From: Sphyrna mokarran
Lineage: Eukaryota
Length of the DNA stretch: 64,000 bases
Reading direction: 5' to 3'
Assembly (NCBI GenBank): GCA_024679065.1
Contig: JAGIQG010000021.1
Location: forward strand, 25,110,001-25,174,000
The position numbers and the translations under genes are program-made. The number at the start of each line of letters is the position of its first letter. Position 1 is the first letter of the stretch. This document shows positions 48,905 through 62,721 of the stretch, in pieces. A model generated the notes under the pieces. That model worked only from the letters and a program-made list of their open reading frames with translations. It did no database searches and was not told where the DNA came from.

Positions 48905-49176
48905 GGAAGCTGTTTGACACCACAAAGATTTTCAAACACGTTTTCTATTTGGCCGGGTCTGAAGTAGTTCTGTCTGCCTGCGTGCTAGCTCTTGGGAACT
49001 TCTTTTGTTTACGTAAAAGTACTGAACAAACTGAGAAAGCGCAAAAGGAAAATGTGGAAGAGGGAGAGCAGAAAAAGGATTCAGAAGCTGCGGATTCCAT
49101 TGAGGTGGATCAGTTCTTAAAAGATGAGACTGGAAAAAATGGTGAAATTGTACCAACACCAGAAACAAGTGTATGA
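48905..49176 (+). CDS. SLC16A3: MCT4 last coding exon (272 nt including TGA)
   Basis: Acceptor ttttcttgttatatag|. Translates (G)KLFDTTKIFKHVFYLAGSEVV...EVDQFLKDETGKNGEIVPTPETSV*; the TPETSV C-terminus is typical of MCT4 rather than MCT1, MCT2 or MCT3. The exons sum to 223+144+777+272 = 1416 nt in frame. Confidence 0.96.
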
Positions 49177-52100
49177 AGGTCTCATGGAGGAAGAAACAGA
49201 ACGTTTACAAAAGGTCAAGAGAAACAAGTTTGTATTTATTTAGAAATGTGAGGAATCTCCATGTATAATGGTAAGAGTAGTTTATTGTGCAGAATATTTT
49301 TGTGATTTTGTTTTTTTGTTTAAATTGCTGCCTTGCATTTGTCATTCATGTGTGTCTTTCACAAAGGTTTTTTTTTAAAATAAGGGTATCTGTTGAAAGT
49401 CTAAGAGGTGCTTTTAAGAACATTCGAAAAAATCAAATCTACAGAATTGGGATTCCACAAAAGTGGAAAGTGATGCACATAACACTTGCAGCTAACAACA
49501 GCATTGGTGATGATGATACATCTGGCAGCTTATAACATTGGCCACAAATGATGGCTTCCACATTTAAAGGAATGGCAGGTACCCCATTAATAGTGGATCA
49601 GCAAGGGTTAAATATTTTTTTTAAAAGGAATCATATCGATTGACACCTCAGCTACAGCACTTAATAACATTTACACAGAAGATTTAACCCCCATTGTCCA
49701 AACTTAACAACAATTAAGAAAAATAATGAGTATAAGATGAGACCAATGTTATTAAACCTGCTGGTTGCTGGCATTGGCCTGTTGCCATTGAAGAACGTTC
49801 ACAAATCTGATACCATGTACTGGAAAATGAGACTGATGCAACACCAGTTTTTTTTTTACAATTCCAATGATATTTCTCCTACAGGATTAAAACTGTGTGT
49901 TTTTACTAAATTAGGAGTGTCTGACTAAATAATTGCTTTAAATGGATTCTTTGTGAGGCATGTGAAAAAGCAGCCTTTCAAATGATTCCTCTGGATAGTG
50001 ACTTGCTGGAGAGGATATTCAACAGAGGCGAGGGGGAAGGGACGGTGCAGTTCGGATCAGTGTCTCATTTTGTTCCATATACTAATGCTTGAAAACACTG
50101 CAACACGCTATCAATAAAGGCAATTCGAATTTGACTGGGGAAAAAGTCACAATAGGCACAATAATCCATGCTTTCTACCAATGATCATGATGTGGGTTCT
50201 ACCAGTGATCACACAGACATTAATTTTATGGTATCAACAAGAAAGACTTTTTCGTACTGGAGTATTTTTGGTTTCTACATAACTCCCAGTTGAACTTTCT
50301 TTTTTATCTATCGTGATCACTAGTAATGCCTGCAACAGTTCAATATGACCAGCTTATCGACATGCAACTTTGAGATTGATTGGATCAGCTTTGATTATGG
50401 AATCAAATAGACAAAACCCTAAATGATCCCTTTCAATCAGTTCATGGTGAGTCTATAAAGAAGCAGCCCACCACCAGGTTCATTGGTCACAAAATACAGG
50501 AAATGTTTTAGGTTTTGCACGCACTTCTTTATATATTGCAAACTTATTGGCCATTTTACAGACAGAATTGTATTTTGCCAAGAAAGTAACAAATGGATTG
50601 AAAATGCAAATAGTCAGGAGATTAAAAGCAGTCTGAAAATTACAAACAGGTATTTCAAAGGGAGCTGTTAATGCAGATATTTAGCAATAGATATTTCAAA
50701 TATAGAGATGTGCAGACTTGCTTTCAATGCATTTCAAACTAAAATGAGAGATTTTTAACTCCTAAATTGAAAATTGCTTGGAAAAAAATGCTATCAAAGC
50801 TTTTCATCTTGCACTCATCAAGACAGTTTGCAAGAATACTAATAGTAAAGGGGAACAACAATTTATGAGAAGAGGATTCTGATTGGTTGGTGAGTAGTCT
50901 CTGATTGGTAGAAGCATTGCCATAGAGAATGTGCAAGAGAACAGTTAACAGTTAAGCTTTTGTTCAAATTCAAACCAGGCAGATTGACTCTGATTAAAGC
51001 ATTGTCAAAGGGAATGAACCAGGGAATGGCTGTTAAACTAAGCTTTTATTTAGTTGAAAAAGGCACAATGTGTGGACTTGCTCTTTCAATCTGGAAAGGA
51101 CAGGGCCCTTTGTGTGAAAATATATATTTTGCATGTATCAATCTGCTAACACCGTGGGTCTGACTGAAAGTCTTAATCTTAAACTCATTTTCAGTAGAAT
51201 TCTTAGCCCAATCAGAATAGCTAAGCAAGTGTTGTTCAATTGTGCAGTTATATCTAATGTTGAACAGTATATTTAGAGTTGTGCAAGTTTGGGCATAGTT
51301 TATGTTTTGCCTGTTGCAAGCAGCCGAAGGAACATGCAATTTGATAATATCCATTAAGTCATTGGGATACATGATCTGCATATCTGACATCACACAGGCA
51401 CTGAATTACATTACTCATTTGCGTGATCAGTGGAACATTTTTCTAACTTCATGGCAACATCCTGTTAGTCAAGAATATCACCCATGTTACTATTGTATAA
51501 TAACAACATGAAACAGCTAGCTTCATCTGGTGTTCAAACGTTTGAGACATCTTACCCTTCCAGGGTAATCTAAGATAGGTTTTCCAATCCAAAAGTGGCA
51601 AGCTTGGGCCCATTCATGAGTTTCGTGAGATACACAGTGAGCAATGATCAGTTCAGGGTAACCTTTAACCCTCTGGATAAATTGATCGTTAGAACTTAAA
51701 TTTTTATTATAAATTTGGCCAATTTCCTAGTTTGCTGGTGGACATCCTCCACATGTGGCGCAACATAACAAAAAGAAATCTCCTTTGCTCCTGTTTATTA
51801 TTTAAATGCGGAAGAATCTTTTTGATTTCCTTGCCATTTAGATGTAATTGTATGAGCTAAAATATTACATACTAATTTTATTAAATTTGCTGTAATTCTA
51901 GTCCAGAAACCAACATTTTTGGGTCCTGATTTTAAAAACTGTGAAAAGCTCCTCAGTGAACCTTTTACATAGATTTCCATTAATTAACTATTTTTGTAAC
52001 ATGGATTTCCTCTTTCCTAATGTTAACTTGTGCCAAGTCAAGGGAATCATTGAGTTTGCAGCAGCAGTAATGCCATCAAGCAGCTGAAGTGAACAATCAC

Positions 52101-52753
52101 ATTGAGGAATTCACAAAGACAGAAAACAGGAAGCTAAATCTGCCAATCATTCAATTTTTATTTATTTTACAGATAGTAAATAAAGACTGGGACACACACA
52201 TGGGATTAAAGTAAAAGCTGCATAACAAACTCTAGTTTCTAAAAAAATATTTTCCTTGGAATCTAACTGAATATTTATCATCATGTAGAAATGAGACATT
52301 GCAGAAATATAACCTTAACGTTTTTTTAGAACCAAAGAGGTTGTTCAAAGGTGGCTATGAAACTTTGTTGTACCCTCTAGGTGGCTATACTAAGTGAGAA
52401 GTGAACAGGCGATTTTTAAATGAGGCCCAGATATTAAAATATTCCAGACCTGAACTTTAGGCCATCCCATAGGAAACTTGCTGAGTGTTTGATTAAACCT
52501 GAATGGCTCTCAAACTGCAACTTTGCTGCAATAATAAAGCATCGAGGAGCTCTATTACAATTTGACTGCTCTGTACATTGGGGTGGTGGGATAAGAAACA
52601 TTTTGTAGTTTTACTCAAGTGGAACATTGTCTCATAAATGGTATCAAAAAGCTATGTTAACTAGAACCAGTTTGACAGATTAAATTTTAAAGTGACAAGC
52701 AGTGATGATTGATATACTGTTAATTTATGGGAAGTGAGAATGATGGATAACAG

Positions 52754-52828
52754 AGTCAGTTAGCTCAGTGGATGGTAGTGTGATGCAGGATAATGTCAAG
52801 AGCGTGGGTTCAATCCCAATACTGGCTA
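52754..52828 (+). pseudogene. tRNA-Ile-like relic, probably the head of an old SINE
   Basis: AGTCAGT/ACTGGCT acceptor stem, TAGCTCAGTGG A-box and GGGTTCAATCCC T-arm are present; the D-arm and anticodon loop are degenerate. Confidence 0.55.
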
Positions 52829-55800
52829 AGATAGTTCTTTGGATCTTTCTCCTCTTGTTGTCTCGTAGTGATTTAGCAACCCCCAGACAATGAGGGAAGC
52901 TACTCCAAACAGAGAGAGAAAGTTGTAGCTATGAAGTCCCCAGTCACCTTCTGGTGATCTCATGTAGCCATAGGAGGGCATGTGCAGTTGTATCACTAAA
53001 CGTTTTGGCAGACTTGGGGGAATCCTATTCTGGATTTTAAAAAGGAAGAACGTTTTGGATTCAATTCGCATTAAAGCCATTATCCTAAGTTGCAAAGGTG
53101 AAAACCGCAGTGGTAACTTGTGAAGAAGCATCAGGAGCTGGAAAGAAGTCTCAGGTGCTGGATAATGCATAGTAGAGGGCTTATATTGTTGAAACTGGTG
53201 GGAATGTGTCATTAAATGAGACAAAATTACACGAGCAGATTATTTTTACTACAAATATTGATTTAGGAATGGGAAGGGTAGAAAGTTAACTGACGTTGAG
53301 GAGAGTATCAGAAGCAAGATTTTGTAGGTATTAACTCCTCCCCATTATCCGTAACATACTGGGTACTTATCCAAAGAGGTCAATAAACTCATTGTTCGGT
53401 CTATATGAAAGAAAAATGTATAATTTACCCATTAAGGCTGAACTCTTTAATTCACACTTACCTCCTTCGTATAGCAATCCTAGTAATCTAATTAGAGAAT
53501 TAGGATTCTTCAGTCTCTGAAGAAACAAAACTTTGTTGTGGGTGTTTACAGATTGCAAATCACCCTCAAACCTCTCCACAAACTTTGGAGTAACCAAAAG
53601 CTGCAAATTAAAACACAAACCTAAATCGATAGTGGACAGTCACCATGGTGAGAGCCTGGAAGGATCTAAGTGAGTTTCATAATTTTCCTCCTATAGATTT
53701 CAAAACTTCAAATAATCCAATCTCTATATTTTTGCTATTTGACACATCATTACACCGCAATAACTGAATTGACGTGCATTTTCACCTTAGCTGAGTGCAT
53801 GACCAATGGGAACAAATTTCTGGCCATTAAACATCCTGCCTGATTTTCATTTCTATTAACTTCAATTTACTGATTTGCTAAGCTCCACTTTGCACCCATG
53901 TTGAATTTAAATTTCATCCCAACATACCTGTGTTTTTCCAATCTATTGCATTGTCAGTAATCTTCTTGCAGGCTTGACTAAATGAGTGATGGGATACAAC
54001 AATGAAAGATTGGAAAGATCTCATTTAAAAAATGGCTATGAAATCATCATTTTGTCTGTGTTGGCTGTAAGAGTGCCACAACAGAAATTGTTAGTTAATG
54101 ACGTATATCCTTTGTTTGCTTAAAGTGCATCTTGACCAAAATTAAAAGGAAATTCTTAAGATTGCCGAGGTGCAATTGTTTTATAAATAGAAAAGATAGA
54201 TTTGATTTTGGATGCTTCTTAATAGTTACCTCTAATGGAACAATGCATAAGGGTTAGATTTACAACTTACAGCAAAGAAACCATTGATTTTGATTTCCAT
54301 TGGTTTCAGGTTCCATAATGGGCACTTGATCTGCAAAGTCAGATTATTGCCCAGGCAGTAAGTTGAAAACCTACTCCTTTGAGTGTCACTTACACGCTTT
54401 GAGGACTACCTAAACATTTTTGCACCAGGTTCTTGTAATACGAGGTATACATGTAGAATATTTGAGACATCTAATCATCCCTTTTCTATAGGAACATAGT
54501 GAAAACATTCCAGGAATTGAATTATTCAGTTTCTCCCCCAGCATTTACTCTCTTTGAATTATAATTTTTTTTTTACAAAAAAAATCCATGTAGTTTTTTT
54601 GTCAATTCTGCAGAATTTTGTTCAGTAGATTGAAAATCCTATCCATTTCAAATTAGTTTTAGACTATGCAAAAATAGGAATTGATAAATGTTCTTGGGAT
54701 TAATGCTGGGGGTGGGGGGCACTTCAGGATTAAATTCAATTTAGGTGGGGTTATAAAACAGGTGTAAGCAGATTGGCTGCCTGTTGTATTGTCAGAAAGG
54801 GCCTGTCAGCAATTCACAGGGCCCAATTTGTGTTCCTTCCAAACCCAAATTTCATTCCCATTGTGTCTGTTGTCACATCCGGGCATTATAGCTTTAGTAT
54901 CGCACAAGCCATAGGGAAGCCTGGGGACTCAATAGCCTTAGGCACCCCTGCCTTCAAGCTAGAAGCTCCAGGTTAAAGTTGTATTCCAAGACATGTGACC
55001 ATGACTTGACCAGGCAGGGTGCTGCTAATCAACCTGCTAATCCTTCTAACATACTCATGGCAGGAGGTAAAAGCAGGAGAGGTTCCTGGTCAGACATGCT
55101 TGGTGCAAGCCATAACTACTTGACTTTCTCCAACAGAGATAAATACCTACGGGTCCTTGTGGACTGTGGCTAACTACGGATAGACTGCACAAGTCATGGG
55201 CTGAATACTTTAACATATTCTGGTTCGAAGAGTCCTCTATTTATTAGTAGTTCTTTAACTTATTATTTTCTGATAGTTTGTTTCGGAAAGCACTGGTACT
55301 ATCTCCCTCTGGGAGATTAGTTTTTGGAAAAACATAACTTGTGATATCCTTTTTTGTGTATACATGTGTACAGTAAGGTACACATTGTACAGTATAGTAG
55401 GACAAAATAGGAAAGTCTGTAAACCTTGAGTAGTTTTCAGCTGTTAATATTCTTTTCACAATTGCATTTCTTACATCAGAGGATTTTACAATCTCTGGTC
55501 CGAAAAGAAAAACTTTCTACAAAATTTTAAGTGGTTGACAGGATGGGTGGGACACAGACTGTTCTGATGCACGTAATTCTGTCATATTTTGCAAATCATT
55601 GTCCTTATAAGGAAAGTGGGAAGGAACTTCACCACATCGGAAGATTTGCACTTGAAGATATGATGGAAGCCATGTTTTCAGACAGACGTCTGTTGTGGTA
55701 TTGTGAAAAGTTGCCAATAATATGACATGAGTTGGCTGACCTCAGCCAAGCAGCAGTTAGCTCAAGTTATTCCCATCATCCATGACGTATGGAACAAGGA

Positions 55801-57085
55801 AGAAAAAGCCAGAAATTCCCTGTTGATCATTGTGCTGTGACCATTGCTGGGGAGCCAGGCATGTAATATCAGATCAGGATGGGATTAGACTCTGCATGTT
55901 GTCCTATACAGCCTCAGAGCCTTTGACACTGCCTGGGATAATACATGAAAAATAGATCCAATACCCCAGGAAAACACCACACATTCGAGATTGGAGAGAG
56001 GAAATGTGAAGGAGTGATGGGGCAATACTCGGGCATGGGAGGGGAGATTCCCACTGTTCTTTCCATGGCAGGTGCAAAAAAGAAATCTTCACCCATTGCT
56101 TCTCATAAAACAATGGGCAAGAGTTCTGTTCACCCAAGATCAACTGTAAACACATTATGATGAGTTATTTTTTTTTCTTGATGTCCTGTTCAAAGTAAGC
56201 TGTGCAAATGTGGAAAAATGGAATCGACTTTTTAACATTTATACAGATGAGACAATGGAAAATATGTACATTTACAAATTTACAAGCGCAGTCCTGTCCT
56301 CAAAGAGTTGAAGCAACACTATCAGTTTGGATGCTGGGAGTTTCGTTACATTCGGACTATTTTTATGATGCAAGGTTTTACCACATGTGTGTAATTGTTG
56401 TTAACACAGATGCTGGCCTTCTTGATAACCTCAATAGTAAGGAGGTAACTAACCAAACATTTCAAATTTGCTATATGTCTGTAAACTCATTGAATCTGTA
56501 TTACTGTATGTATTAATATCCAATCTAACAGTGTCAAGTTCTGGGAGCGAATCTTTGCCACGTTCCAGCTGACAAATTTAAAGGAGGACCCGATTACTGA
56601 AGGGTTTTATCATGTAAATATATTTCTGATAACTTTATGGTTAAACCTAAAGAGCAACTGAGCTGCCATTATTTTGAGCCAGTGTCTGAGTCTCAATTAG
56701 ACCAGAAGTATTTATAATAGTGGGTTGTGATTTACTGTGTCAATATGATATTTCCAGCCCAGAGCCTTTGTGTGCTTATTAACAAGAGGAACAAAGGAAC
56801 AAAAAATTATAATATGGTACAAATTGAAGTGGACAGGTACGCTTTGGTTTCTATGCACAAGAAATGAAAACAACTTCCTGAAATTACAGAATAAGTCTAT
56901 ATGCTCTTAATTAGTGAAAAATCACCCATGTAATAATTTTACCTGCATCTGATTGGGTGAGAGCTGTGTCAAACCTAAAGGTCCACACCATTTGTCTCAG
57001 GCTTGGATTCTCTCAACCGAATGATATATCAGAACTAAGACTATTCCTTATTATCAAAAGATCTGGATTTTGGGAAATTACTGTT

Positions 57086-57095
57086 CATGTGTATG

Positions 57096-57133
<38 letters not shown>

Positions 57134-57160
57134 TGCGTGCGTGTGTGTATGCGTGTGTGT
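57086..57160. repeat. (GT)n / alternating purine-pyrimidine microsatellite
   Basis: Read directly from the sequence. Confidence 0.95.
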
Positions 57161-57757
57161 ATATAAAACCAAGAAATAGTGTCACTTTATTCAGGAATTA
57201 CAAATGCTTGCTTGACTATAAGTATTTTTGGAGGCCATACTAATAACATTGATGTCGGCACTGTTGTACTCAAGACCCACAGAGATCACAGCTTGCTTTA
57301 GATTGCAGCTTCATTTTATTCTGATGATTTTTGGTCTTTATTGGTTTTCACTGTTTTATCTGATTGTATGGACTTACTCTGTTACCTTTGCTGAAGTATT
57401 GCTATTTTTTGAAGTTTGAAGTGCTTGGAGTACTATTTTTTGTAGTTACATATACATGGTAGATTTGTATAAAATATATAGAGAAACCTTGTCTTAGTGT
57501 TCTGTACTTTAAAGTAATTCATTGATCACGGTAAGCATAATATTCTGATGCCCTACCATGGCACAGAGCTTAAAATAAAGCGGGCATGGGTCAGGATCTT
57601 CAGCCTGCAGTCAAAAGTGCTAGATTAGCAGTTTTATAGGTGAAATTGAGACTATGGTGCTAGTATGAAAGTCTCATTTAAATACACACATTTATTTCAG
57701 GAACTTTCTAAAGGTTGGCAAATATATTGATGAAAGGAAATCTTTTATGTGATGGTG

Positions 57758-58005
57758 CAAAATAGGAAAAGAAGGAGGCCATTCGGCCCCTCAAGCCTAC
57801 TCTGCTATCCAATTAGATCACGGCTCTTCTGTTTTTTTTGAGTTCCATATTCCCATCTACCTTTGATGGCCTTTGATTCTCTTACCTCACAAGAATCTAC
57901 CTCTGCCTAAAAATATTCCATTGTCCCACTTTCAATGCCTTCTGAGACAAAGTTCCAAAGCCTCAAAACCCTTTTGAAAGTAAAAACTTCTCCTCATCTC
58001 AATAA
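57758..58005 (-). mobile_element. CR1 3' end
   Basis: ggaggccattcggcccctcaagcct..caattagatcacggct..aagttccaaag. Confidence 0.7.
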
Positions 58006-58167
58006 GATTGATGTTTATGTTTCTCTAATGTGTCCTTACTGCATTTTCCCTTGTGCACTAGCTTCTTTTGTTAGGAATTACGCCATCTTCTTATTTTCAT
58101 TGCTAGTATCTTTGGTTCCAAGGTCAAGTGCCATACAAAGATGATGTATGGTGCTTGGCCTTGGAAA

Positions 58168-58362
58168 GTCCAAAGATGTGTGGGTTAGGTTGATTGGCCG
58201 TGCTAAAAAAAATTGCCCTTAGTATCCTGGGATGCATAGGTTAGAGGGATTAGTGGGTAAAGTATGTAGGGATATGAGAGTGGGGCCTGGGTGGGATTGC
58301 GGTCAGTGCAGACTGAATGAGCTGAACAGCCTGTTTCTATACTGTGGAGTTTCTATGTTTCT
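58168..58362 (+). mobile_element. HE1-type SINE, 3' half
   Basis: gtccaaagatgtgtgggttaggttgattggccgtgctaa..gtgcagactg..tttctatgtttcta. Confidence 0.8.
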
Positions 58363-59342
58363 AAAGTGCTGAACATGACTATTCTTTGCCCGACTCTACC
58401 TGAAGCTAGAGAAGTGAGAGACCATTACTGTCTCTCAGCAACACTTGCATCATTCAATCTGCATCCATCACTTGTACCTGGGACCTGCATTCACAGATCT
58501 GCCAGAATGTATTTAGACATCAGAGAGGACCTGATTTTCCTACGTCTGCTTTTACTATGTAGACTTGCTACATCAGAAGCTATGAACAGCATCTGAACTG
58601 TTCTACTGATGGACATAAAGCTTACTAAAATGAGAAGCTTTCATCCTTCCATCCCAGTCATTGTCCTGTCTATAGTACACACGTTCTAATTACATATAAT
58701 TGCAAAGTCCCATCAAAACTATAGATTTATCTGCACATGTAGTCCCAATCTTACATTTCCTATGTCTCTTTATTCACCTTTTCCTTCAGCCACTTAACTT
58801 ACTAAATTTTGACAGGGCCTCATCTTTAATCATTAATTCCAGCGCTGCATTCCACAATCTGTTTCTTTGAACCTATCTGTCATATATATTCCCTCTCTCC
58901 ATTTGAACCTTAATAATGTTTGGCTGCCATGTGTTCACAGAAATAATGGGAGAAATTTTAACACAGGCAAGTATGTGTGATTGGACTGCAGGGGAGAATA
59001 AATCGGGAGAAAAGCTCCAAGTGCATTGTTCTATGCATTGGGAAGCTGACTCCAGCCTGCTGACTTGGAGTCTTTACTGAGGTGGGACATGAGCTGACAT
59101 TTTAAACATGTAATTGAAGCTGGTTAACCTCTGATTTAACCTGCTTTGCAGGTGAAGCAAGGCAAGAACAACTTCAGAGAAAAGGTAAGTGCATTGACAG
59201 CACAGCTTATGAGCCAGAACTGCTTCCCCTACAATCACCTCAACCTTCCCATAATAGACCACCACATGAATGTCAGGTAAAGAACTGAAAACTTCTTCCT
59301 CTCCAACTGGAAACTAAGCTTGTCAGGGGTAATGGATACAAC

Positions 59343-60530
59343 ATGCTGGTACAGTAATTAGCACTGCTGTTTCACAGTGCCAGGGACCTGGAGTTGATTC
59401 CAGCCTTGGGTGATTATGTGGAGTTTGCATGTTTTTCCTATGTCTGCTTGGGTTAGAAACTAGAAGCAGGAGTAAACCATTGAACTTTTCGAGCTTGCTC
59501 CACCATTCATTTTCGTCATGGCTGATCATCAAATTCAGTATCCTGTTTCCCCCCCCCTCCCCCATATCCCTTTAGCCCCAAGAGCTATATCTAATATACT
59601 CTTAAAATCAGACAATATTTTGACCTCAACTGCATTCTGTGATAACTCAGCATCCTTTGGGTGAAGCAATTTCTCTTCATCTCAGTTCTAAAAGGTTTGC
59701 CCCTTATCCTCAAACTGTGACCCTTAGTTCTGGAGTCCCCCACCATTGGAAACATTCTTTCTAATCCTACCTTGTCTAATCCTATTGGAATTTTGTAAGT
59801 TTCTACAAGATTCACTCTTCTAAACTCCAGTGAATATAATCCTAATCGACTTAATCTGACCTCATATGATAGACCTGTCATTCCACAAATCTGCCTGGTA
59901 AACCTTTGCTGTATTTCCTCTAAAGCAAGGACATCCTTCCTTAGATAAGAACACCAAAACTATACACAATACTCCAGGTGTGACCTCACCAATGCCCCAT
60001 AAAATTGCAGCAAAACATTTCTGTTTCTACACTCAAATCCTCTCGCTATGAAGGCCAACATACCATTTGCCTTCTTTATGCCTGCTGTGTATGCATGCTT
60101 ACTTTCAATGACTGATGGACAAAGACACCAAGGTTTCGCTGAGTATCTACCTCTCTCACTTTACACCCATTCAATTAATAATCTGTCTTCCTATTATTGC
60201 TACCAAAGTGGATGACCTCACATTTATCCACATTATATTGCATCTGCTGTGCATTTGCCCATGCACTCAGCCTATCCGAATCACACTGAAGCATCATTGC
60301 ATCCTACCCCAAGTTTCCTCCCAAAATCCAAAGGTATGCAGGTTACGTGAATTGGCCAAGCTAAATTACCCCTTAGTGTCTAAAGATGTGTAGGTTGGGG
60401 GAATTAGCAGGATAATGTGTGAGGTTACACTGATATGTCAGGGGTTTGCTGGGTAAGAAGCTTTGTCGGAGAGTCAGTGCAGACCTGATGGCCTGAATGT
60501 CCTCCTTCTACATTTAGTGATTCTATGATA
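59343..60530 (+). mobile_element. HE1-type SINE split by a CR1 insertion (head 59343-59453, remainder 60311-60530)
   Basis: The head and V-domain stop at gcttgggtt and resume at agtttcctcccaaaatccaaag after the CR1. Confidence 0.75.
59454..60305 (-). mobile_element. CR1 3' fragment
   Basis: GLSYEVRLSRLGLYSLEFRR..GDSRTKGHSLRIRGKPFRTEMKRNCFTQR. Confidence 0.9.
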
Positions 60531-62721
60531 GAGAAGCTTACCAAAGGGTGAAGATGCATGTTGTAGACTTAAATCTCCCAACACCTATGTAACCCACCCA
60601 TGTAGATGTCCTGCGTGTATTCATGTTCTGCAGCCACAACATTACAGGGAATTCTGTTTGCTCATAAATTCCTAGCCTGGATCTTTCTTTTACATGCATG
60701 GCAGTTGATGACATTGACAAATCCTCTCAATTACAGGAAGGGGCTTTGGTCTGAAACTCTGACATTTGGTTGCTGGAATTTTCCCACTCCTCTGTGGCTG
60801 TAATTCTTCAGTGCCACTGCAATGAGTGGAGTTTTGGTTGAGTGCCAAATTGTCTGTTCTCATTGGTAGCAGTGATGGGGTGAACAAGAATGAAGAATCC
60901 TGCCGGTTGTTCAAAATACCTCATTGCCAGCTGTGAGAAAAACTTGTCATCACACTTGGACACAATGTCAGAGCCTGTGTAAAACAGAAAAATATTAATG
61001 CTCATCAACTCTTATGGACCAAGGGTTGTAGATTTAAAATTAGTTAAGCATCATCAAACAAATACCACAAATCACTGGTGTGTTAATTCTAATCAATTTC
61101 TGCACTTTTATGTTCTTTGTATAATTTCCCAGTTAAGGGTGGTTGCAGCTCTTTAAGATTTCCTGCATCAAAGCATTTTTCAATTCGCCAATAGTTCTCC
61201 CATGCTTAGAACTTAATAGATTTCAAGGATTTGATTCCAATGATTTGGCTGCTGATCACTGAGTAGTCTTGTTGAGGCATCAGGGGCCTCAGTTTCCAAC
61301 TGGAGAGCTGGCAAGAGACTCGTGGTGGCTCTTTTTGGGAAGGTCTACTCAAGCCAATCAGACTTTTCCTTGGAATGAAGACCCTGGGAGGAAAATTCAA
61401 GAAGGATGACATCATCCCCATTGCAGAGGACCTGGACTACACAGTAATGGCGCAGGGTGTTCACAGGTTGGAGGTCACTAGGAGAGAGACGGGGTTCAGA
61501 CGCAAGGGCAGGAGAGTGGCTCTCAGTTCCACACTTCCACCCCACCCACTTCCACATGTCCAGTCCCTTGATCAAGCACTGAGTGCCTTTGCCTCCCAGA
61601 CATGTCATGCAGCATACATAATTTCACCAGTTTTGCATGCCACGTGGCAACAGGCCTCCTTGCAGCTGGGTTAATAACAGGTAGCATGAGACCTTTAAAT
61701 AATTAATTGGCCATTTAAGGGCTTCAATTGGTGGTGTGGCATGAAGATAAAACTTGGGCCTTCAAGCCCAGAACTTACTTCTGGTGAAGCAGGAAGGTGG
61801 GAATGGTTTTTGGAGCATGTGGGGGATGGTTCCAATACACCATCAACTCATCTAATTACATGCCCTTCCTACTTTCAAGCTTGCCCTGGTGAGGTTAGAA
61901 CATACCACCCAAAATATGTGAATCAAATCTAATGCGTATTTCCCGTTACTGAGAAGTTGAACATTGTTATCACATCTCTAGTTGCCTTGATCGCTGTGGT
62001 TTCATTGCAGTTCCCTGATTTGTTACTTTGACAGCTCCTGAGTTGGGAAGCTGTATCAGCTATCTGAGGAAAAAGCTGTGTTAAAATGGCCCGTGGCAGT
62101 GATTGCATATTAAGTGTACCGCTTCTACTTTAATTCCTATTAAAGATCCCCCTATGGTTTATAAACCTTATATTTACACTCCTGTTCATGACTTGTCAAT
62201 TCATTTCCTTTGCTGGTCTGGCACTTGGAGTAAAGCCTCTCAACCAGAAGTGAATCAAGAAGATGGACTGAGCCTTCCACTAATGTACATATTTTACACA
62301 TGCCCCATAGAATCCTCCATCAGGTACAGAGGATATTTCATTCCCTGTGCATTATGTGTGGTTTTATGATCAGGAATAAGCATAATACATTTGCAGACAC
62401 ATAAAAGAATAAATACATTGGCATGAATGAACTAAACATTTCCAGCCAGTTGTTCATATTTTGAAATGATTTCCCTGTTTGTCAGTGTACTACTGACCTT
62501 CCCTCAATCCCACTCCCCCTAATATTGCTAATATTGTGGATAATTTTCCTGCTCAAAGATGTGAGCAGTTGCCCTCCTTCCAAATCTCTGTGTATGTATG
62601 CCATTTGGAGTGCCTTCATCCTTTAGATTTCCCTGCTGACAAACATTTATTAAAACGTGTCCTCATTACCTATTAAGCCTGGGCAGATCCAAGTTATGAT
62701 CAGTTTGCGCCCAGTAATTTT

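Larger units (their letters stand above)
49177..57580 (+). other. Probable (possibly long) SLC16A3 3'UTR with several AATAAA signals
   Basis: Follows the stop codon, is AT/T-rich and has no young CR1 or HE1 insertions. AATAAA occurs at 50113, 52179, about 52533 and about 57574. The true end cannot be determined from sequence alone. Confidence 0.45.

Noticed and set aside
35017-49176. Assignment to SLC16A8 (MCT3) or SLC16A1 (MCT1)
   Set aside because: The N-terminal KAPDGGW context and the C-terminal FLK..KNGE..TPETSV fit MCT4.
52754-52828. Functional tRNA-Ile gene
   Set aside because: The D-arm is broken, the anticodon loop is 8 nt and there is no clean terminator; it is treated as a SINE head or pseudogene.
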